DNA of 63,739 bases, counting the filler, from a bacterium (GTDB lineage: Bacteria; JBDRGX01), in assembly GCA_043817485.1 (NCBI GenBank). It is 7 parts of 7 records of this genome, joined end to end, with 100 filler letters (N's around TTAATTAATTAA, not from the genome) between each part and the next. Parts side by side here need not be neighbours in the genome. Positions count along the whole stretch, not along the records: positions 25,513 to 43,485 come from JBDRGX010000047.1; 6 more parts are not named here. One strand, written 5' to 3'. This document shows positions 30,460-41,417 of this stretch, piece after piece. Within the stretch, counting starts at the first letter, position 1. Every line of letters starts with the position of its first letter. Below the pieces are notes generated by a model. It was given only the letters and a program-made list of their open reading frames with translations. It did not search any database and was not told the origin of the DNA. Position numbers and translations under genes: made by a program.

Positions 30460-31707
30460 TTGGAAAAAATAGAAATTTGTGGTGGACAAAAATTAAAAGG
30501 TTCTGTTGAAATTAGTGGTTCTAAAAATTCGGCTTTACCAATTATGGCAGCTACTTTGCTTACATCTGGCACTTCTATTCTTGATAATATTCCTTGGTTA
30601 AAGGATATTGAAATTATGAAAAATATAATAGAATCTTTAGGTTGTTCTGTAGAAAAAAAAAATCATAAATTAAAAATAAATACTTCTAATCTTCAAAAAT
30701 ATGTTGTTCCTTATGAATTAGTAAAAATGATGAGAGCATCTTTTGTGCTTCTTGCTCCAATATTAGTTAAATTAGGTAAAGTTGAAATTTCTTTGCCTGG
30801 AGGATGTGCTATTGGAACACGACCCGTAGATATTCATCTTTCTGGATTAGAAAAATTAGGTGCTAAAATAGAATTAAAAAAAGGATATATTGCAGTAAGT
30901 GGTAAATTAAAAGGAGCTGAAATTACTTTATCTTATCCTAGTGTTGGAGCAACGGAAAATTTAATAATGGCTGCTAGTTTAGCTGATGGAAAAACTATAA
31001 TTAAAAATGCTGCTCAAGAACCAGAAATAATTGATTTAGCAAATTTTCTTAAAAAAATGGGAGCTATTATTCATAATGCTGGACAAAAAACAATAGAAAT
31101 AGAAGGAATTAAAGAACTTAAACCCGTAAAACACACTATTATTCCCGATAGAATAGAAGCTGCTACTTTTATTTTTGCATGTGTAATTACACAAGGAGAA
31201 ATAGAAATAATTAATTGTAATTTTAATCACTTAAAAGAAGTTATTTATAGTTTAGAAAAAAGAGGAGTTCATTTTTCTTGTACTGATGAAACAATTAAAG
31301 TTAACGGCAAAAATGAATTAAATCCTCTTGTTATAGAAACTACTCCTTATCCAGGTTTTCCTACAGATTTACAATCTCCTATAAGTGCTGTATTATCTAT
31401 TGGACATGGAAAAAGTAAAATTAAAGACACAGTATTTCCTAATCGTATAGGACATATTTCTGAACTTTCAAGAATGGGAGCTAATATAAAAATAGAAAAT
31501 ACAGAAATAATAATAGAAGGTGTTCCAAAATTAAAAGGAACAGAAGTAATGGCTTCAGATCTTAGAGCAGGTGCAAGTTTAATTATAGCTGCGCTTGCTG
31601 CTCAAGAAAAAACAGTAATTTCTCGTGTCTATCATATAAGACGCGGTTATGAAAATATTGAAAAAAAATTAAAAAAATTAGGTGCTCAAATTAAAAAAAT
31701 TGAATAA
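30460..31707 (+). CDS. murA: UDP-GlcNAc 1-carboxyvinyltransferase
   Basis: GSKNSALP, PGGCAIGTRPVD, SVGATEN, PDRIEA, PGFPTD, DLRAGA. Confidence 0.97.
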   Translation: MEKIEICGGQKLKGSVEISGSKNSALPIMAATLLTSGTSILDNIPWLKDIEIMKNIIESLGCSVEKKNHKLKINTSNLQKYVVPYELVKMMRASFVLLAPILVKLGKVEISLPGGCAIGTRPVDIHLSGLEKLGAKIELKKGYIAVSGKLKGAEITLSYPSVGATENLIMAASLADGKTIIKNAAQEPEIIDLANFLKKMGAIIHNAGQKTIEIEGIKELKPVKHTIIPDRIEAATFIFACVITQGEIEIINCNFNHLKEVIYSLEKRGVHFSCTDETIKVNGKNELNPLVIETTPYPGFPTDLQSPISAVLSIGHGKSKIKDTVFPNRIGHISELSRMGANIKIENTEIIIEGVPKLKGTEVMASDLRAGASLIIAALAAQEKTVISRVYHIRRGYENIEKKLKKLGAQIKKIE

Positions 31708-31721
31708 TTAGAAATTAAAAT

Positions 31722-32459
31722 TTATTTAATTTCTAATATCAAATCACCAAATTTATCTGGAATAAATGAACTTTCTGTAAAAGTAGGAAACAATGAAGTA
31801 TCTTCAAAACCATTGCCTTTATCTTGATAACCACGATTTAGATTAATTCCACAAATATTTTTAAATGGCTTTTCTATTCCAATATTTTTAAACGGAATTT
31901 TTACTTCTACTATCCAAAAATCTTTTTCTATAGAAGTAGCTACTTGAAAATCTAAATCACAAGAAATATTTTCTTCAAAAAGTTCTATATTACAAAAATT
32001 GTCAAATATTGTTCCATTAGGATTAATCATAATCTGGTAAGCTGTTTTATGATTATGTTTTGTATCTAAAAAAATTTCTATATAATCATCTCCCCAAACT
32101 TTACCATCTCGTTGTGTCACATTATTTTCTAATTTGTCCATTTGACTATCAAAACATTTAAAAGAAATATATAAATTTTCATTATCATAAACTAAAAATG
32201 TTTTTGTTTTTTCTGTTGGAAATGTTTCTTGATTTCCACTTAAAAAACCAAATTCTAATCCTGTATAATTTTTCCAACATTTATCATCTAATTTTCCATC
32301 TATAATAGGAGATTGTTTTATTTTAGGAATTTTAATTTCTGTAATTTCACCTATTTTTTGAGTTTGCATTCCATATTTTACTTTTGCATCTGCTGCTCCA
32401 CTTATTTCTATTTTAATAAATGTTATTATTGCTATTATTAAAATCATTGTTTTTTTCAT
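31722..32459 (-). CDS. Secreted CBM9/DOMON-like sugar-binding protein
   Basis: Signal peptide, PIIDGKLDD..W, YDNENLY, DDYIEIFLD, W.VEVKIPF. Confidence 0.8.
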   Translation of the reverse strand: MKKTMILIIAIITFIKIEISGAADAKVKYGMQTQKIGEITEIKIPKIKQSPIIDGKLDDKCWKNYTGLEFGFLSGNQETFPTEKTKTFLVYDNENLYISFKCFDSQMDKLENNVTQRDGKVWGDDYIEIFLDTKHNHKTAYQIMINPNGTIFDNFCNIELFEENISCDLDFQVATSIEKDFWIVEVKIPFKNIGIEKPFKNICGINLNRGYQDKGNGFEDTSLFPTFTESSFIPDKFGDLILEIK

Positions 32460-32531
32460 TACAAAATCCTCCTATTAAAAAATATCAAAAACTAAACATA
32501 AACAATTTTTAAAAATTGTTTAATTAAAAAA

Positions 32532-32723
32532 TTAAATAACTTTTACTACTTTATCAGATCTTTCACAACGAGAACAAATATTTATTCTTTTTACAGTTCC
32601 ACCAATATTAGTTTTTATTTTTAACAAATTAGGATGCCATGATCTATTTGTTTTATGATTAGAATGACTTACTTTGTGTCCAAATTGTAATCCTTTTCCA
32701 CAAACTTCACATTTTTTTGCCAT
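32532..32723 (-). CDS. rpmB: 50S ribosomal protein L28
   Basis: CEVCGK..GHKVSHSN..R..PNL..CSRC. Confidence 0.95.
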   Translation of the reverse strand: MAKKCEVCGKGLQFGHKVSHSNHKTNRSWHPNLLKIKTNIGGTVKRINICSRCERSDKVVKVI

Positions 32724-32743
32724 TGATTAACCTCCAAAAGTTA

Positions 32744-33616
32744 TTATTTAGCCTCATAATTAATATTTTGTACATAATTTTTTTGTTTTAAATAAAGTTG
32801 AGCACATTGATTCGACAATGATTTTATTTTTAAAATATAATTTCTTCTTTCTGCCTGACTAATAGCTCCTCTTGCATCAAGAAGATTAAATGTATGAGAA
32901 CATTTAATTATATATTCATAAGCAGGAAAATATAATTTTTCCTTAAGTAAATTTTTCACTTCATCGAAATATATTTGAAACATTTCAAATAATCTTTTTA
33001 AATCAGCTATTTCAAAATTATATTTAGAAAATTCTTTTTCTCTTTGATAATTAATACTACCATAAGTTATATTTTCTGTCCAAATAATTTCTCTATAATC
33101 TGTTTTATTTTGTAAATACATAGCAATTCTTTCTAATCCATAAGTTATTTCTACTGAAATTGGATTTAGATCAATTCCTCCAACTTGTTGAAAATAAGTG
33201 AACTGCGTAATTTCTATCCCATCTAAAAGCACTTGCCAACCTAAACCCCAAGCTCCTAATGTAGGAGATTCCCAATCATCTTCTATAAATCTAATATCAT
33301 GTTTTTTTAAATCTATTTTTAATTCTTTTAAACTTTCTAAATAACAATTTTGAATATCTGCAGGAGTTGGTTTAAGAATTACTTGATATTGATAATATTT
33401 TTGCAATCGATTAGGATTTTCACCATATCTCCCATCTTTAGGTCTTCGACAAGGTTGTACATAAGATACCTTAAAAGGATCTTGTCCTAAAACAGATAAA
33501 AAAGTAGCTGGATGAAAAGTTCCAGCTCCTACTTCCATATCATAAGGTTGTTCAATTAAACAACCTTGTTTCATCCAAAAATTTTGTAATAATAAAATAA
33601 TTTCTTGAAAAGTCAT
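32744..33616 (-). CDS. glyQ: Glycine--tRNA ligase alpha subunit
   Basis: [53 protein letters not shown]. Confidence 0.96.
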   Translation of the reverse strand: MTFQEIILLLQNFWMKQGCLIEQPYDMEVGAGTFHPATFLSVLGQDPFKVSYVQPCRRPKDGRYGENPNRLQKYYQYQVILKPTPADIQNCYLESLKELKIDLKKHDIRFIEDDWESPTLGAWGLGWQVLLDGIEITQFTYFQQVGGIDLNPISVEITYGLERIAMYLQNKTDYREIIWTENITYGSINYQREKEFSKYNFEIADLKRLFEMFQIYFDEVKNLLKEKLYFPAYEYIIKCSHTFNLLDARGAISQAERRNYILKIKSLSNQCAQLYLKQKNYVQNINYEAK

Positions 33617-33697
33617 AATTATCATAATTAAAGTTATAATTTTAAAAATATAATAAATAGTTAAATTTATTACTAATGTCAAGAAAAAATCAATTAT

Positions 33698-35008
33698 TTA
33701 TCCTACTAATTTTTTAGGATTTTCTTGTAAAAGTAAATTTGCTGTTTCAAGAGCTTTTTCTTCAGTAAAAGAAAAAATACTTAAATTGGCTTTACTATTA
33801 ATTACCATTTCAGATAATACATTAGAAAGAATCCATTTATACATTTTTATTTTTGGTAAAATAAATTCTATTTTATAAGCATCACTATAAATACCAATTA
33901 GTTTAGTTTTTGGTACTGAAAAAAGTCTTCTTTTCAAATCTATGCTCATTTCTACTGGATTTCCAGAATACCACCAATGTCCAGAAGGATAAACATTATG
34001 TAATAACCAACCATAACAAGCTAATTCTAAATTCTGTGTATTACACAAATTAGAAGCTATGAATTTTACATTTGGATAAGTATTAAACAAATATTGTAAA
34101 GAAGACATACTATTTAAAGGATTAAATATATCTTGTCCAGATTTAACTCCATGTTGATAATATTTACGAATAGGCCCCATCATTAAATGCATAGGTATTT
34201 TATTTTGCTGATTATTTTCAGCTAATACATTAACAATATATGCATTTATTTGTTTTTTTTCTTGTTCAGATAAAAGTATGTTTTTTAATATTTTATCATA
34301 AATATTAGAAGCTACAGATTTTTCTATTTTATTAGTTTCAAAATTAGGATGTAAATCAATCATAGAATAAGTAGCACCATGTTCATTAAAATATTTATAA
34401 ATACTGCTAATAGCTGCTTCATAATCTTTTAAACTACTAATAGAAATATTTGTTTTTTTTTCTAATCTTTTTCTTATTTCTAAATTTTCTATTTCTTTGG
34501 TAAAAACTTCTAATCTTAAACAAGGAACAAATATTTCTTTATCTACTTCTTCCAAATTATCATCTAAAGTATTACTTAAAAAAATTTTTTCAATATTGGA
34601 AGTTTTAAGTAACCATTTTAAATAATTTTGTTCTTTAGATTTTTTTTCTATAGTATCATATAAAAGTTTCCAATTTTTTATAGTTAAATCATTGTCTTGA
34701 AATCCAAAAAAATCCTTACACATAGAAATAAGCCAAGAATATTGAAAAGTATTACTAATATGTGGCAAAACTTTTACTATTTCTTCTACTTTTTGTTCTT
34801 TTGATAAAGTTTCATCTGTCCATTTTTTAGTATAAGTAGCTGAATGACATAATTCAGTATAATAATGGTATCCTAATATATCTAATAAATTATTAGCCAT
34901 TGGTTGCTGATATGGTATATGAGAATGAGTATCAAAAATAGGAATTTTATTTATTTCTTTATATAAAATCTGGCTTAATTTATATACATCTTTATTTTGA
35001 ATAATCAT
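33698..35008 (-). CDS. Uronate isomerase-like amidohydrolase
   Basis: DTHSH metal motif, GYHYYTEL, GHWWY, YSDAYKIEF. Confidence 0.75.
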   Translation of the reverse strand: MIIQNKDVYKLSQILYKEINKIPIFDTHSHIPYQQPMANNLLDILGYHYYTELCHSATYTKKWTDETLSKEQKVEEIVKVLPHISNTFQYSWLISMCKDFFGFQDNDLTIKNWKLLYDTIEKKSKEQNYLKWLLKTSNIEKIFLSNTLDDNLEEVDKEIFVPCLRLEVFTKEIENLEIRKRLEKKTNISISSLKDYEAAISSIYKYFNEHGATYSMIDLHPNFETNKIEKSVASNIYDKILKNILLSEQEKKQINAYIVNVLAENNQQNKIPMHLMMGPIRKYYQHGVKSGQDIFNPLNSMSSLQYLFNTYPNVKFIASNLCNTQNLELACYGWLLHNVYPSGHWWYSGNPVEMSIDLKRRLFSVPKTKLIGIYSDAYKIEFILPKIKMYKWILSNVLSEMVINSKANLSIFSFTEEKALETANLLLQENPKKLVG

Positions 35009-35066
35009 TTTATTTCCTTAATTTTTAAATATAATAAATTAGTCATTTGATAATAGTCAATTTTTT

Positions 35067-35591
35067 TTACTTCTTTATTTTTTGTAAATATGCTTTTAAA
35101 GAATTTAAAAAAGCAAAAAATCCAAAAGCTAAAAGAAATAAAAAAAGTGGTATTTTAATAAAATTTATTTCAAATATATAAGCAATTAATACTAAAAAAA
35201 AAGTAAAACCAAAAAATTTTCCATAAATAGTAGAAATAGTTATTTGTCCTTGTTTAATCCATAAAATACTACCACCAATAACCATTAAAACTTCTTTGCT
35301 AATTAAAAAAATACCTACAATAATAGGAAAATTTTTAAAAATAACAAATAAAATAATTAAACCTAAACTAATAATTTTATCTATAAAAGCATCTAATGTA
35401 GCACCAAAAAAAGATGTTTGTTTCCATTTTCTGGCTAAATATCCATCAATAATATCACTTAAATGCATATATAAAAGTAAAAATAAAGAACAAATTTTAG
35501 CTTTTATTGAAAAATGTTGTAAAGAAAAATACATCACTGGTAAAATTAAAATTCTGGAAATAGTAATAATATTAAGTAATTTATTTTTCAT
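35067..35591 (-). CDS. CDP-alcohol phosphatidyltransferase (PgsA-like)
   Basis: NIITISR, SDIIDGYLARKWKQTSFFGATLDAFIDK. Confidence 0.9.
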   Translation of the reverse strand: MKNKLLNIITISRILILPVMYFSLQHFSIKAKICSLFLLLYMHLSDIIDGYLARKWKQTSFFGATLDAFIDKIISLGLIILFVIFKNFPIIVGIFLISKEVLMVIGGSILWIKQGQITISTIYGKFFGFTFFLVLIAYIFEINFIKIPLFLFLLAFGFFAFLNSLKAYLQKIKK

Positions 35592-35655
35592 AATATTCTC
35601 AAAAAAAAATTAGAAAAATTGCTTTCAATAAATTTAAAACTCTGATTATTTTTTT

Positions 35656-36198
35656 TTATTTTAATAATTTATCTACCATATCAACTATTTTTTCTAAACA
35701 AATTAATCTTCCTTCATCTTCTTTTCCACAAGCTAATTTTCCTTTTTCTGGTCCAATAAATTTATAATTTAAAGTTTGTAATTTTTTAATATTTTGTTGA
35801 ACTATTAGATTATTATACATATTTACATTCATTGCTGGAGCAATTAAAACTTGAGATTTAGTAGCCATAATTACGGTACTTAATAAATCATCAGCAATAC
35901 CAGAAGCAATTTTACCAATAATATTAGCTGTTGCTGGAGCAATTAAAATTAAATTTGCTTTATCTGCTAAAGCAATATGTTCGATTTCAAAATTATTTAG
36001 AGAATTAAACATATCAATTAACACTGGTTTATTTGATAAAGTTTGTAAAGTAAGAGGAGTAATAAATTGGCAAGCATTTTTAGTCATAATAATATCTAAG
36101 TTATATTTTTTTTCTTTTAATATTCTAACTAAACTAACTATTTTATAAGCTGCAATACTACCAGTAATTCCTAAAATAATATTTTTTTCTTTCAACAT
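35656..36198 (-). CDS. coaC: Stand-alone phosphopantothenoylcysteine decarboxylase
   Basis: GITGSIAAYK, EHIALA, APATAN, APAMN..M, GKLACG..GR; no CoaB half. Confidence 0.88.
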   Translation of the reverse strand: MLKEKNIILGITGSIAAYKIVSLVRILKEKKYNLDIIMTKNACQFITPLTLQTLSNKPVLIDMFNSLNNFEIEHIALADKANLILIAPATANIIGKIASGIADDLLSTVIMATKSQVLIAPAMNVNMYNNLIVQQNIKKLQTLNYKFIGPEKGKLACGKEDEGRLICLEKIVDMVDKLLK

Positions 36199-36336
36199 TA
36201 TTCCCTTTTCATTTCAAAACATTATTATTTTTATAATTGCTATTTTTTTGTAGATATAATATTGACAAAAATTCTTTTTGTCAATATTTATTTTACAATA
36301 TAAAAGGTTTATTTTTCAAAATATGGGAGTACATTT

Positions 36337-37575
36337 ATGAAAATTGCTTTTAAAACAATTGGATGTAAATTAAATCAAGCAGAAACAGAAATATTAAAAT
36401 ATCAATTTAAAAAAGAAAATTTTACTCTTGTAAAATGGAAAGAAGAAGCAAATATATACATAATTAATACTTGCTGCGTAACTAATCGTAGTAGTTATAA
36501 ATGTCGTCAAGCAATTTCTGAAATACAAAAAAGACAAAATAATTCTAAAATAATAGTTACTGGATGTTATGCTCAAGTTTATCCAGAAGAAATTAAAAAT
36601 GTAGATTTTGTTATAGGAAATTTTGAAAAAAATAATTTACTTAATTATATAAAAAACATTTTTCCAAAACAAACAACTTCTTTTTTTCCTATTGATGATT
36701 TTACTGATAGAACTCGTGCTTTTGTAAAAATTCAAGATGGTTGTAATAATAAATGTAGTTATTGTGTAGTTCCATTAGCAAGAGGCAAAAGTAGAAGTGA
36801 AAATCCAAATGAAATTTTAGAGCAAATAAAAAATATTATTGCAAATGGTTATCAAGAAATAGTACTCACTGGTGCTAATTTAGGATCTTATTATTATGAA
36901 AATACCACTTTAGCAAAACTTCTTAAACAAATAATTGAAATTCCAAAATTAGGAAGAATTAGACTTTCTTCTATTGAATTAACAGAATTTGATGATGATT
37001 TAATAGAAATAATAAATTCATCTAAAATTTGTAATCATCTTCATATTCCTTTACAAAATGGTAGTGAAAAAATTTTGAAAAAAATGAATAGAAATTACAA
37101 ATTAAATACTTATGAAAATTTAATTGAAAGGTTGAACAAATCTAAACAAGATTTAAGTATAGGAACAGATATTATAATTGGATTTCCAGAAGAAACAGAA
37201 AAAGATTTTCTTGAAACTTATAATTTTTTAAAAAAATTGCCTTTTTCTTATTTTCATATTTTTCCTTATTCTCCTCGTCCTAAAACTACAGCTTATAATT
37301 TTGAAAACAATATATCTTCTATTGATATAAAAAATCGATGTAAAAAAATAAAAATTCTTGATTTAGAAAAAAGAAAAAATTTTGAAAAAAATTTTTTAAA
37401 TAAAGAATTAGAAATAATCGTTGAAAATACTCGTGATAAAAAAACCAATTTATTAAAAGGTCTATCTTCTAATTATTTGAAAATATTAGTTGATGGACCA
37501 AATACTTTAAATAGAAAATTAATAAAAATAAAAGTTACAGAAATAAAAGATGAAATACTTTATGGTATTCTTTAA
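36337..37575 (+). CDS. mtaB: tRNA t6A37 methylthiotransferase
   Basis: GCKLNQAE, INTCCVT, TRAFVKIQDGCNNKCSYC, RLSSIE, HIFPYSPR. Confidence 0.92.
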   Translation: MKIAFKTIGCKLNQAETEILKYQFKKENFTLVKWKEEANIYIINTCCVTNRSSYKCRQAISEIQKRQNNSKIIVTGCYAQVYPEEIKNVDFVIGNFEKNNLLNYIKNIFPKQTTSFFPIDDFTDRTRAFVKIQDGCNNKCSYCVVPLARGKSRSENPNEILEQIKNIIANGYQEIVLTGANLGSYYYENTTLAKLLKQIIEIPKLGRIRLSSIELTEFDDDLIEIINSSKICNHLHIPLQNGSEKILKKMNRNYKLNTYENLIERLNKSKQDLSIGTDIIIGFPEETEKDFLETYNFLKKLPFSYFHIFPYSPRPKTTAYNFENNISSIDIKNRCKKIKILDLEKRKNFEKNFLNKELEIIVENTRDKKTNLLKGLSSNYLKILVDGPNTLNRKLIKIKVTEIKDEILYGIL

Positions 37576-38129
37576 AATTCCATAATTTCTTTTTCTTTTT
37601 TCAATAAAATTTGTTCTACTTCATGAGTATATTTATCTATAATTTCTTGAATTTTTTCTGTTGCTTTTATTGCATCATCTTGAGGAATTTTACCATCTTT
37701 TTCCATTTTTTTAATTTTTTCAATAACATCTCGACGTAAAGAGCGAAGAGAAATTTTACCTTCTTCACCTTTTTCTTTAACTAATTTAACCATTTTTTTT
37801 CTATTTTCTTCAGTTAAAGAAGGAATATTTATTCTAATTACTTTACCATCGTTTAAAGGAGTAAGTCCAATATTAGATTTCAAAATAGCTTTTTCAATAT
37901 CTCTTAAAATAGACTTATCCCATGCTTGAATAACTAAACTTCGTGCACTTGGAACTCCTATATTAGCTACTTGGTTTATTGGCGTAAATGCTCCATAACA
38001 TTCTACTTCAATTTTATTTAACAATGCTGGATTGGCTCTACCTGTACGAACTTTTAAAAGTTCTTCATGTAAAGATTCAATAGTTTTTTTCATTTGATTT
38101 TCTAATAATAAATAAGTTTCTTCTAACAA
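37572..38129 (-). CDS. frr: Ribosome recycling factor
   Basis: RTGRANP, GLTP.NDG, LTEE.R, KEKEIM. Confidence 0.96.
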   Translation of the reverse strand: MLEETYLLLENQMKKTIESLHEELLKVRTGRANPALLNKIEVECYGAFTPINQVANIGVPSARSLVIQAWDKSILRDIEKAILKSNIGLTPLNDGKVIRINIPSLTEENRKKMVKLVKEKGEEGKISLRSLRRDVIEKIKKMEKDGKIPQDDAIKATEKIQEIIDKYTHEVEQILLKKEKEIMEF

Positions 38130-38235
38130 AATAATACCTCCTTTTACTTAAAAAATTTTTTAATATTAATTCAACAATTTTTTTTATTTTACTTCAAATA
38201 TATTTATTTTTAAAATTAAATTCTTTGTTGATATA

Positions 38236-38979
38236 TTAAAGTTTTTCATTTTTTTCTTTCTTATTTTCTACTAATGTTCCGATTTTTTCCCCTAATATAA
38301 CTTTTTTAATATTTTCTTTTCCATTAATGTTAAAAACAATTATAGGTAAATTATTATCCATACAAAGAGATATTGCCGTAGTATCCATAATTTTTAATCT
38401 TTTTTTAATTACTTCTAAATAAGTAAGAAAAGCATATTTTTTTACATTTTTATTTTTAAAAGGATCTCCAGAATATATTCCATCTACTTTTGTTGCTTTA
38501 AGAATTACTTCTGCTTCTATTTCTTTTGCTCGAAGTGCAGCAGCTGTATCTGTAGTAAAATATGGATTTCCAGTACCTCCAGCAAAAATAACTACTCTGT
38601 TTTTTTCCAAATGTCTAATAGCTTTTCTTCTAATATAAGGTTCTGCTAATTCTTGCATATGAATAGATGTTAATACCCTTGTTATTATACCATGTTTTTC
38701 CAAAACATCTTGAAGAGCCAAAGCATTTATTACTGTTGCCAACATTCCCATATAATCAGCACTTACTCTATCTATTCCATGATTACTTAATTCTGCTCCT
38801 CTTAATATATTTCCTGCACCAATTATAATCCCTAATTCTACACCTAATTTTTTAATTTCTTTTATTTCTTCAGATAATTTATTTAATACATTTATATCAA
38901 TTCCAAAACCTAATTTACCTTGAAGTGCTTCTCCACTTAATTTAAGAAGAACTCTTTTGTATTTTATTTTTTGTTGCAA
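38236..38979 (-). CDS. pyrH: UMP kinase
   Basis: [37 protein letters not shown]. Confidence 0.97.
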   Translation of the reverse strand: MQQKIKYKRVLLKLSGEALQGKLGFGIDINVLNKLSEEIKEIKKLGVELGIIIGAGNILRGAELSNHGIDRVSADYMGMLATVINALALQDVLEKHGIITRVLTSIHMQELAEPYIRRKAIRHLEKNRVVIFAGGTGNPYFTTDTAAALRAKEIEAEVILKATKVDGIYSGDPFKNKNVKKYAFLTYLEVIKKRLKIMDTTAISLCMDNNLPIIVFNINGKENIKKVILGEKIGTLVENKKEKNEKL

Positions 38980-39070
38980 AAATTTACCTCATTCTTATCT
39001 TATTTGAAATTTTGTATCTATTGAAAAAATTTTTCTATAAGAAAAAAACAATTAGGAAAATAAATTATTT

Positions 39071-39661
39071 TTATTTTCCTAATTCATATCTTATAAATCT
39101 ACGAATAATAATATTTTCCCCAAGTTTAGAAATTTTTTCACCTATCAATTTTAGAATAGTCAAATCTCCATTTTTCACAAAAGGTTGTTCTAATAAACAT
39201 ACCATTTGATAATATTTTTCCAATTTTCCTTTGATTATTTGTTCTATTATTTTTTCTGGTTTATTTTGTTGTTCCATTTCTACTTTATATATTTCCATTT
39301 CTTTTTCTATTATTTCTTGTGGAATTTCACTTTGAGAAATATATAAAGGATTAGTAGCTGCTATGTGCATTACAATGTCTTTTCCTAAATTTTGAAAATC
39401 TTCTGTTTTTGCTACAAAATCAGATTCACAACACAATTCTAACATTACGCCTATTCTATTGCTAAAATGAATATAAGAAAATATTATTCCTTCTTTAACT
39501 TGTCTAACTTTTTTTAATTCTGCAGAAGATAATCCTTTTTTTCTTAATATTTCTATTGCTTTTTCTAAAATACCTTGACTTTCTGCTAAAGCTTTTTTAC
39601 ATTCCATTATTCCTAATCCAGTTTTTTCTCTTAACTCTCTTACTTGTTCTGCTGATACCAT
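39071..39661 (-). CDS. tsf: Elongation factor Ts (short form)
   Basis: LREKTG.G.MECKKAL, ESDFVA, LLEQPFVK. Confidence 0.96.
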   Translation of the reverse strand: MVSAEQVRELREKTGLGIMECKKALAESQGILEKAIEILRKKGLSSAELKKVRQVKEGIIFSYIHFSNRIGVMLELCCESDFVAKTEDFQNLGKDIVMHIAATNPLYISQSEIPQEIIEKEMEIYKVEMEQQNKPEKIIEQIIKGKLEKYYQMVCLLEQPFVKNGDLTILKLIGEKISKLGENIIIRRFIRYELGK

Positions 39662-39708
39662 AATCTATATACCTCCTATTTTATTTTTTTATAATCTAAT
39701 TTTTGGCA

Positions 39709-40437
39709 TTAATCTTTTTTATCAACTAATTCTTCTAATACTTGTTCTTTTTTAAGGTTTGTTTCATTAGCTTCTATACAAGCATTAGCAATAGTAGAAG
39801 TAATTAATTTTACAGATTTTATAGCATCATCATTAGCAGGAATAGGATACGTAATTTGTTTAGGATCACAATTAGTATCGATAATAGCAATTATAGGAAT
39901 ACCAATTTTAAAAGCTTCTTTAATAGCTGTTTGTTCTTTTTTTACATCTGTAATAAATATTGCTTGTGGAAGTACATTCATAGTTTTTATTCCATTTAAA
40001 ATTTGGAATAATTTATTTTTTTCTCGTTGTAAAAGAGATATTTCTTTTTTTGTATAAGATGATGTATTTTCTAATATTTCTTCCATTTTTCTTAATTTAT
40101 CAACACTTTTTCTAATTACTGAAAAATTAGTTAAAGTTCCTCCTAACCACCGTAAATTAACATAAGGCATATTACATCTTATAGCTTCTTCTACCATAAT
40201 ATCTTGAATTTGTTTTTTAGTTCCAACAAAAAGTAAATAACCTTTATTTGTAACTATTTTTTTCACAAATTCATAAACAATATTAATATTTTTTATTGTC
40301 TGTTGAAGATCAATAATATGAATTCCATTTTTTTCACCAAAAATATATCTTTTAATTGCTGGATTCCAACGATTTCTTTGATGTCCAAAATGTACCCCAG
40401 CTTCTAACAAATCTTTTATTGAAACAACATCATTCAC
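39709..40437 (-). CDS. rpsB: 30S ribosomal protein S2
   Basis: LLEAGVHFGH, HIIDL, RWLGGTLTN, DTNCDP, PANDD. Confidence 0.97.
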   Translation of the reverse strand: MNDVVSIKDLLEAGVHFGHQRNRWNPAIKRYIFGEKNGIHIIDLQQTIKNINIVYEFVKKIVTNKGYLLFVGTKKQIQDIMVEEAIRCNMPYVNLRWLGGTLTNFSVIRKSVDKLRKMEEILENTSSYTKKEISLLQREKNKLFQILNGIKTMNVLPQAIFITDVKKEQTAIKEAFKIGIPIIAIIDTNCDPKQITYPIPANDDAIKSVKLITSTIANACIEANETNLKKEQVLEELVDKKD

Positions 40438-40465
40438 TTACAAATCCCTCCTTATTTAATACCAA

Positions 40466-40564
40466 ATTGTATTTAAATGCTAACTATGTCGAGCTTCTTC
40501 AGCGTATTATTTATATGCTTTTGTCGCCTTCTCCTTGTGCCTATGTTATCATTTTGAATGCAAC
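40466..40564 (-). promoter_or_regulatory. Putative structured rpsB leader
   Basis: Imperfect ~20-bp stem (40466.. with ..40564) enclosing a GC-richer core, between a TTGACA box (~40656) and rpsB. Confidence 0.45.
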
Positions 40565-40667
40565 TTAGTATAAAAACTATTTTAAAAAAAATTTAATAAA
40601 ATTATTAACTATTTTATTTTTTAAAAAGTTTAATTTATATATCATAGATAAAAAATGTCAAGAAAAA

Positions 40668-41417
40668 TTACTGATTTAATGAAAATGAATTTGACAACAT
40701 TATTTTTTTTACTTTTTCTAAATCTTCTTTTGTATCTATTCCAATAGATGAAAAATTAGTTTCTTTTACTTTAATTTTATATCCATTTTCTAAAACTCTT
40801 AATTGTTCTAATTTTTCCATTTGTTCTAAAAAAGTAGGAGTAAAAGAAGAAATTTTTAATAAAAAATCTTTTTTATAACCATAAATTCCTATATGTTTAT
40901 AAATTGTTTTTTCATCATTTTCATCCCTTAAATAAGGAATAGGATAACGAGAAAAATATAAAGCATAATCATTTTTATCAACAACTACTTTAACAACATT
41001 AGGATTATTAATTTCTTCTGAATCAAGAATTTTTGTTCTCAAACTTGCCATTTCTACAAAAGAATCCTCAAGAAAAATAGAAATTAATTCATCAATCATT
41101 TCAGAAAAAATTAATGGTTCATCTCCTTGAATATTGATAATTACATCTGATTCTATATTTAAAGATGCTTCTGCTACACGATCTGTACCAGATTGACAAT
41201 TTAATCTTGTTAAAACTACTTTTCCTCCAAATTCTTTTACTTTATCAAATATTCTTTGATCATCAGTAGCAATCAAACAATCATTCAACAAACAAGATGC
41301 TCGTGCTTTTTCATAAACATATTGAATAATACTTTTACCTGCTATTTCAATAAGTGGTTTACCTGGTAATCTTACAGATCCAAATCGAGCTGGAATAATA
41401 CCAATTACTTTATACAC
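40668..41417 (-). CDS. kdsB: 3-deoxy-manno-octulosonate cytidylyltransferase
   Basis: IPARFGSVRLPGKPL, SGTDR, NIQGDEP, HIGIY, LEQLR.LENG. Confidence 0.95.
   Translation of the reverse strand: MYKVIGIIPARFGSVRLPGKPLIEIAGKSIIQYVYEKARASCLLNDCLIATDDQRIFDKVKEFGGKVVLTRLNCQSGTDRVAEASLNIESDVIINIQGDEPLIFSEMIDELISIFLEDSFVEMASLRTKILDSEEINNPNVVKVVVDKNDYALYFSRYPIPYLRDENDEKTIYKHIGIYGYKKDFLLKISSFTPTFLEQMEKLEQLRVLENGYKIKVKETNFSSIGIDTKEDLEKVKKIMLSNSFSLNQ

Noticed and set aside
32744-36198. glyQ without adjacent glyS, and coaC without coaB
   Set aside because: Split arrangements are known and the assembly is fragmented; absence from this window is uninformative
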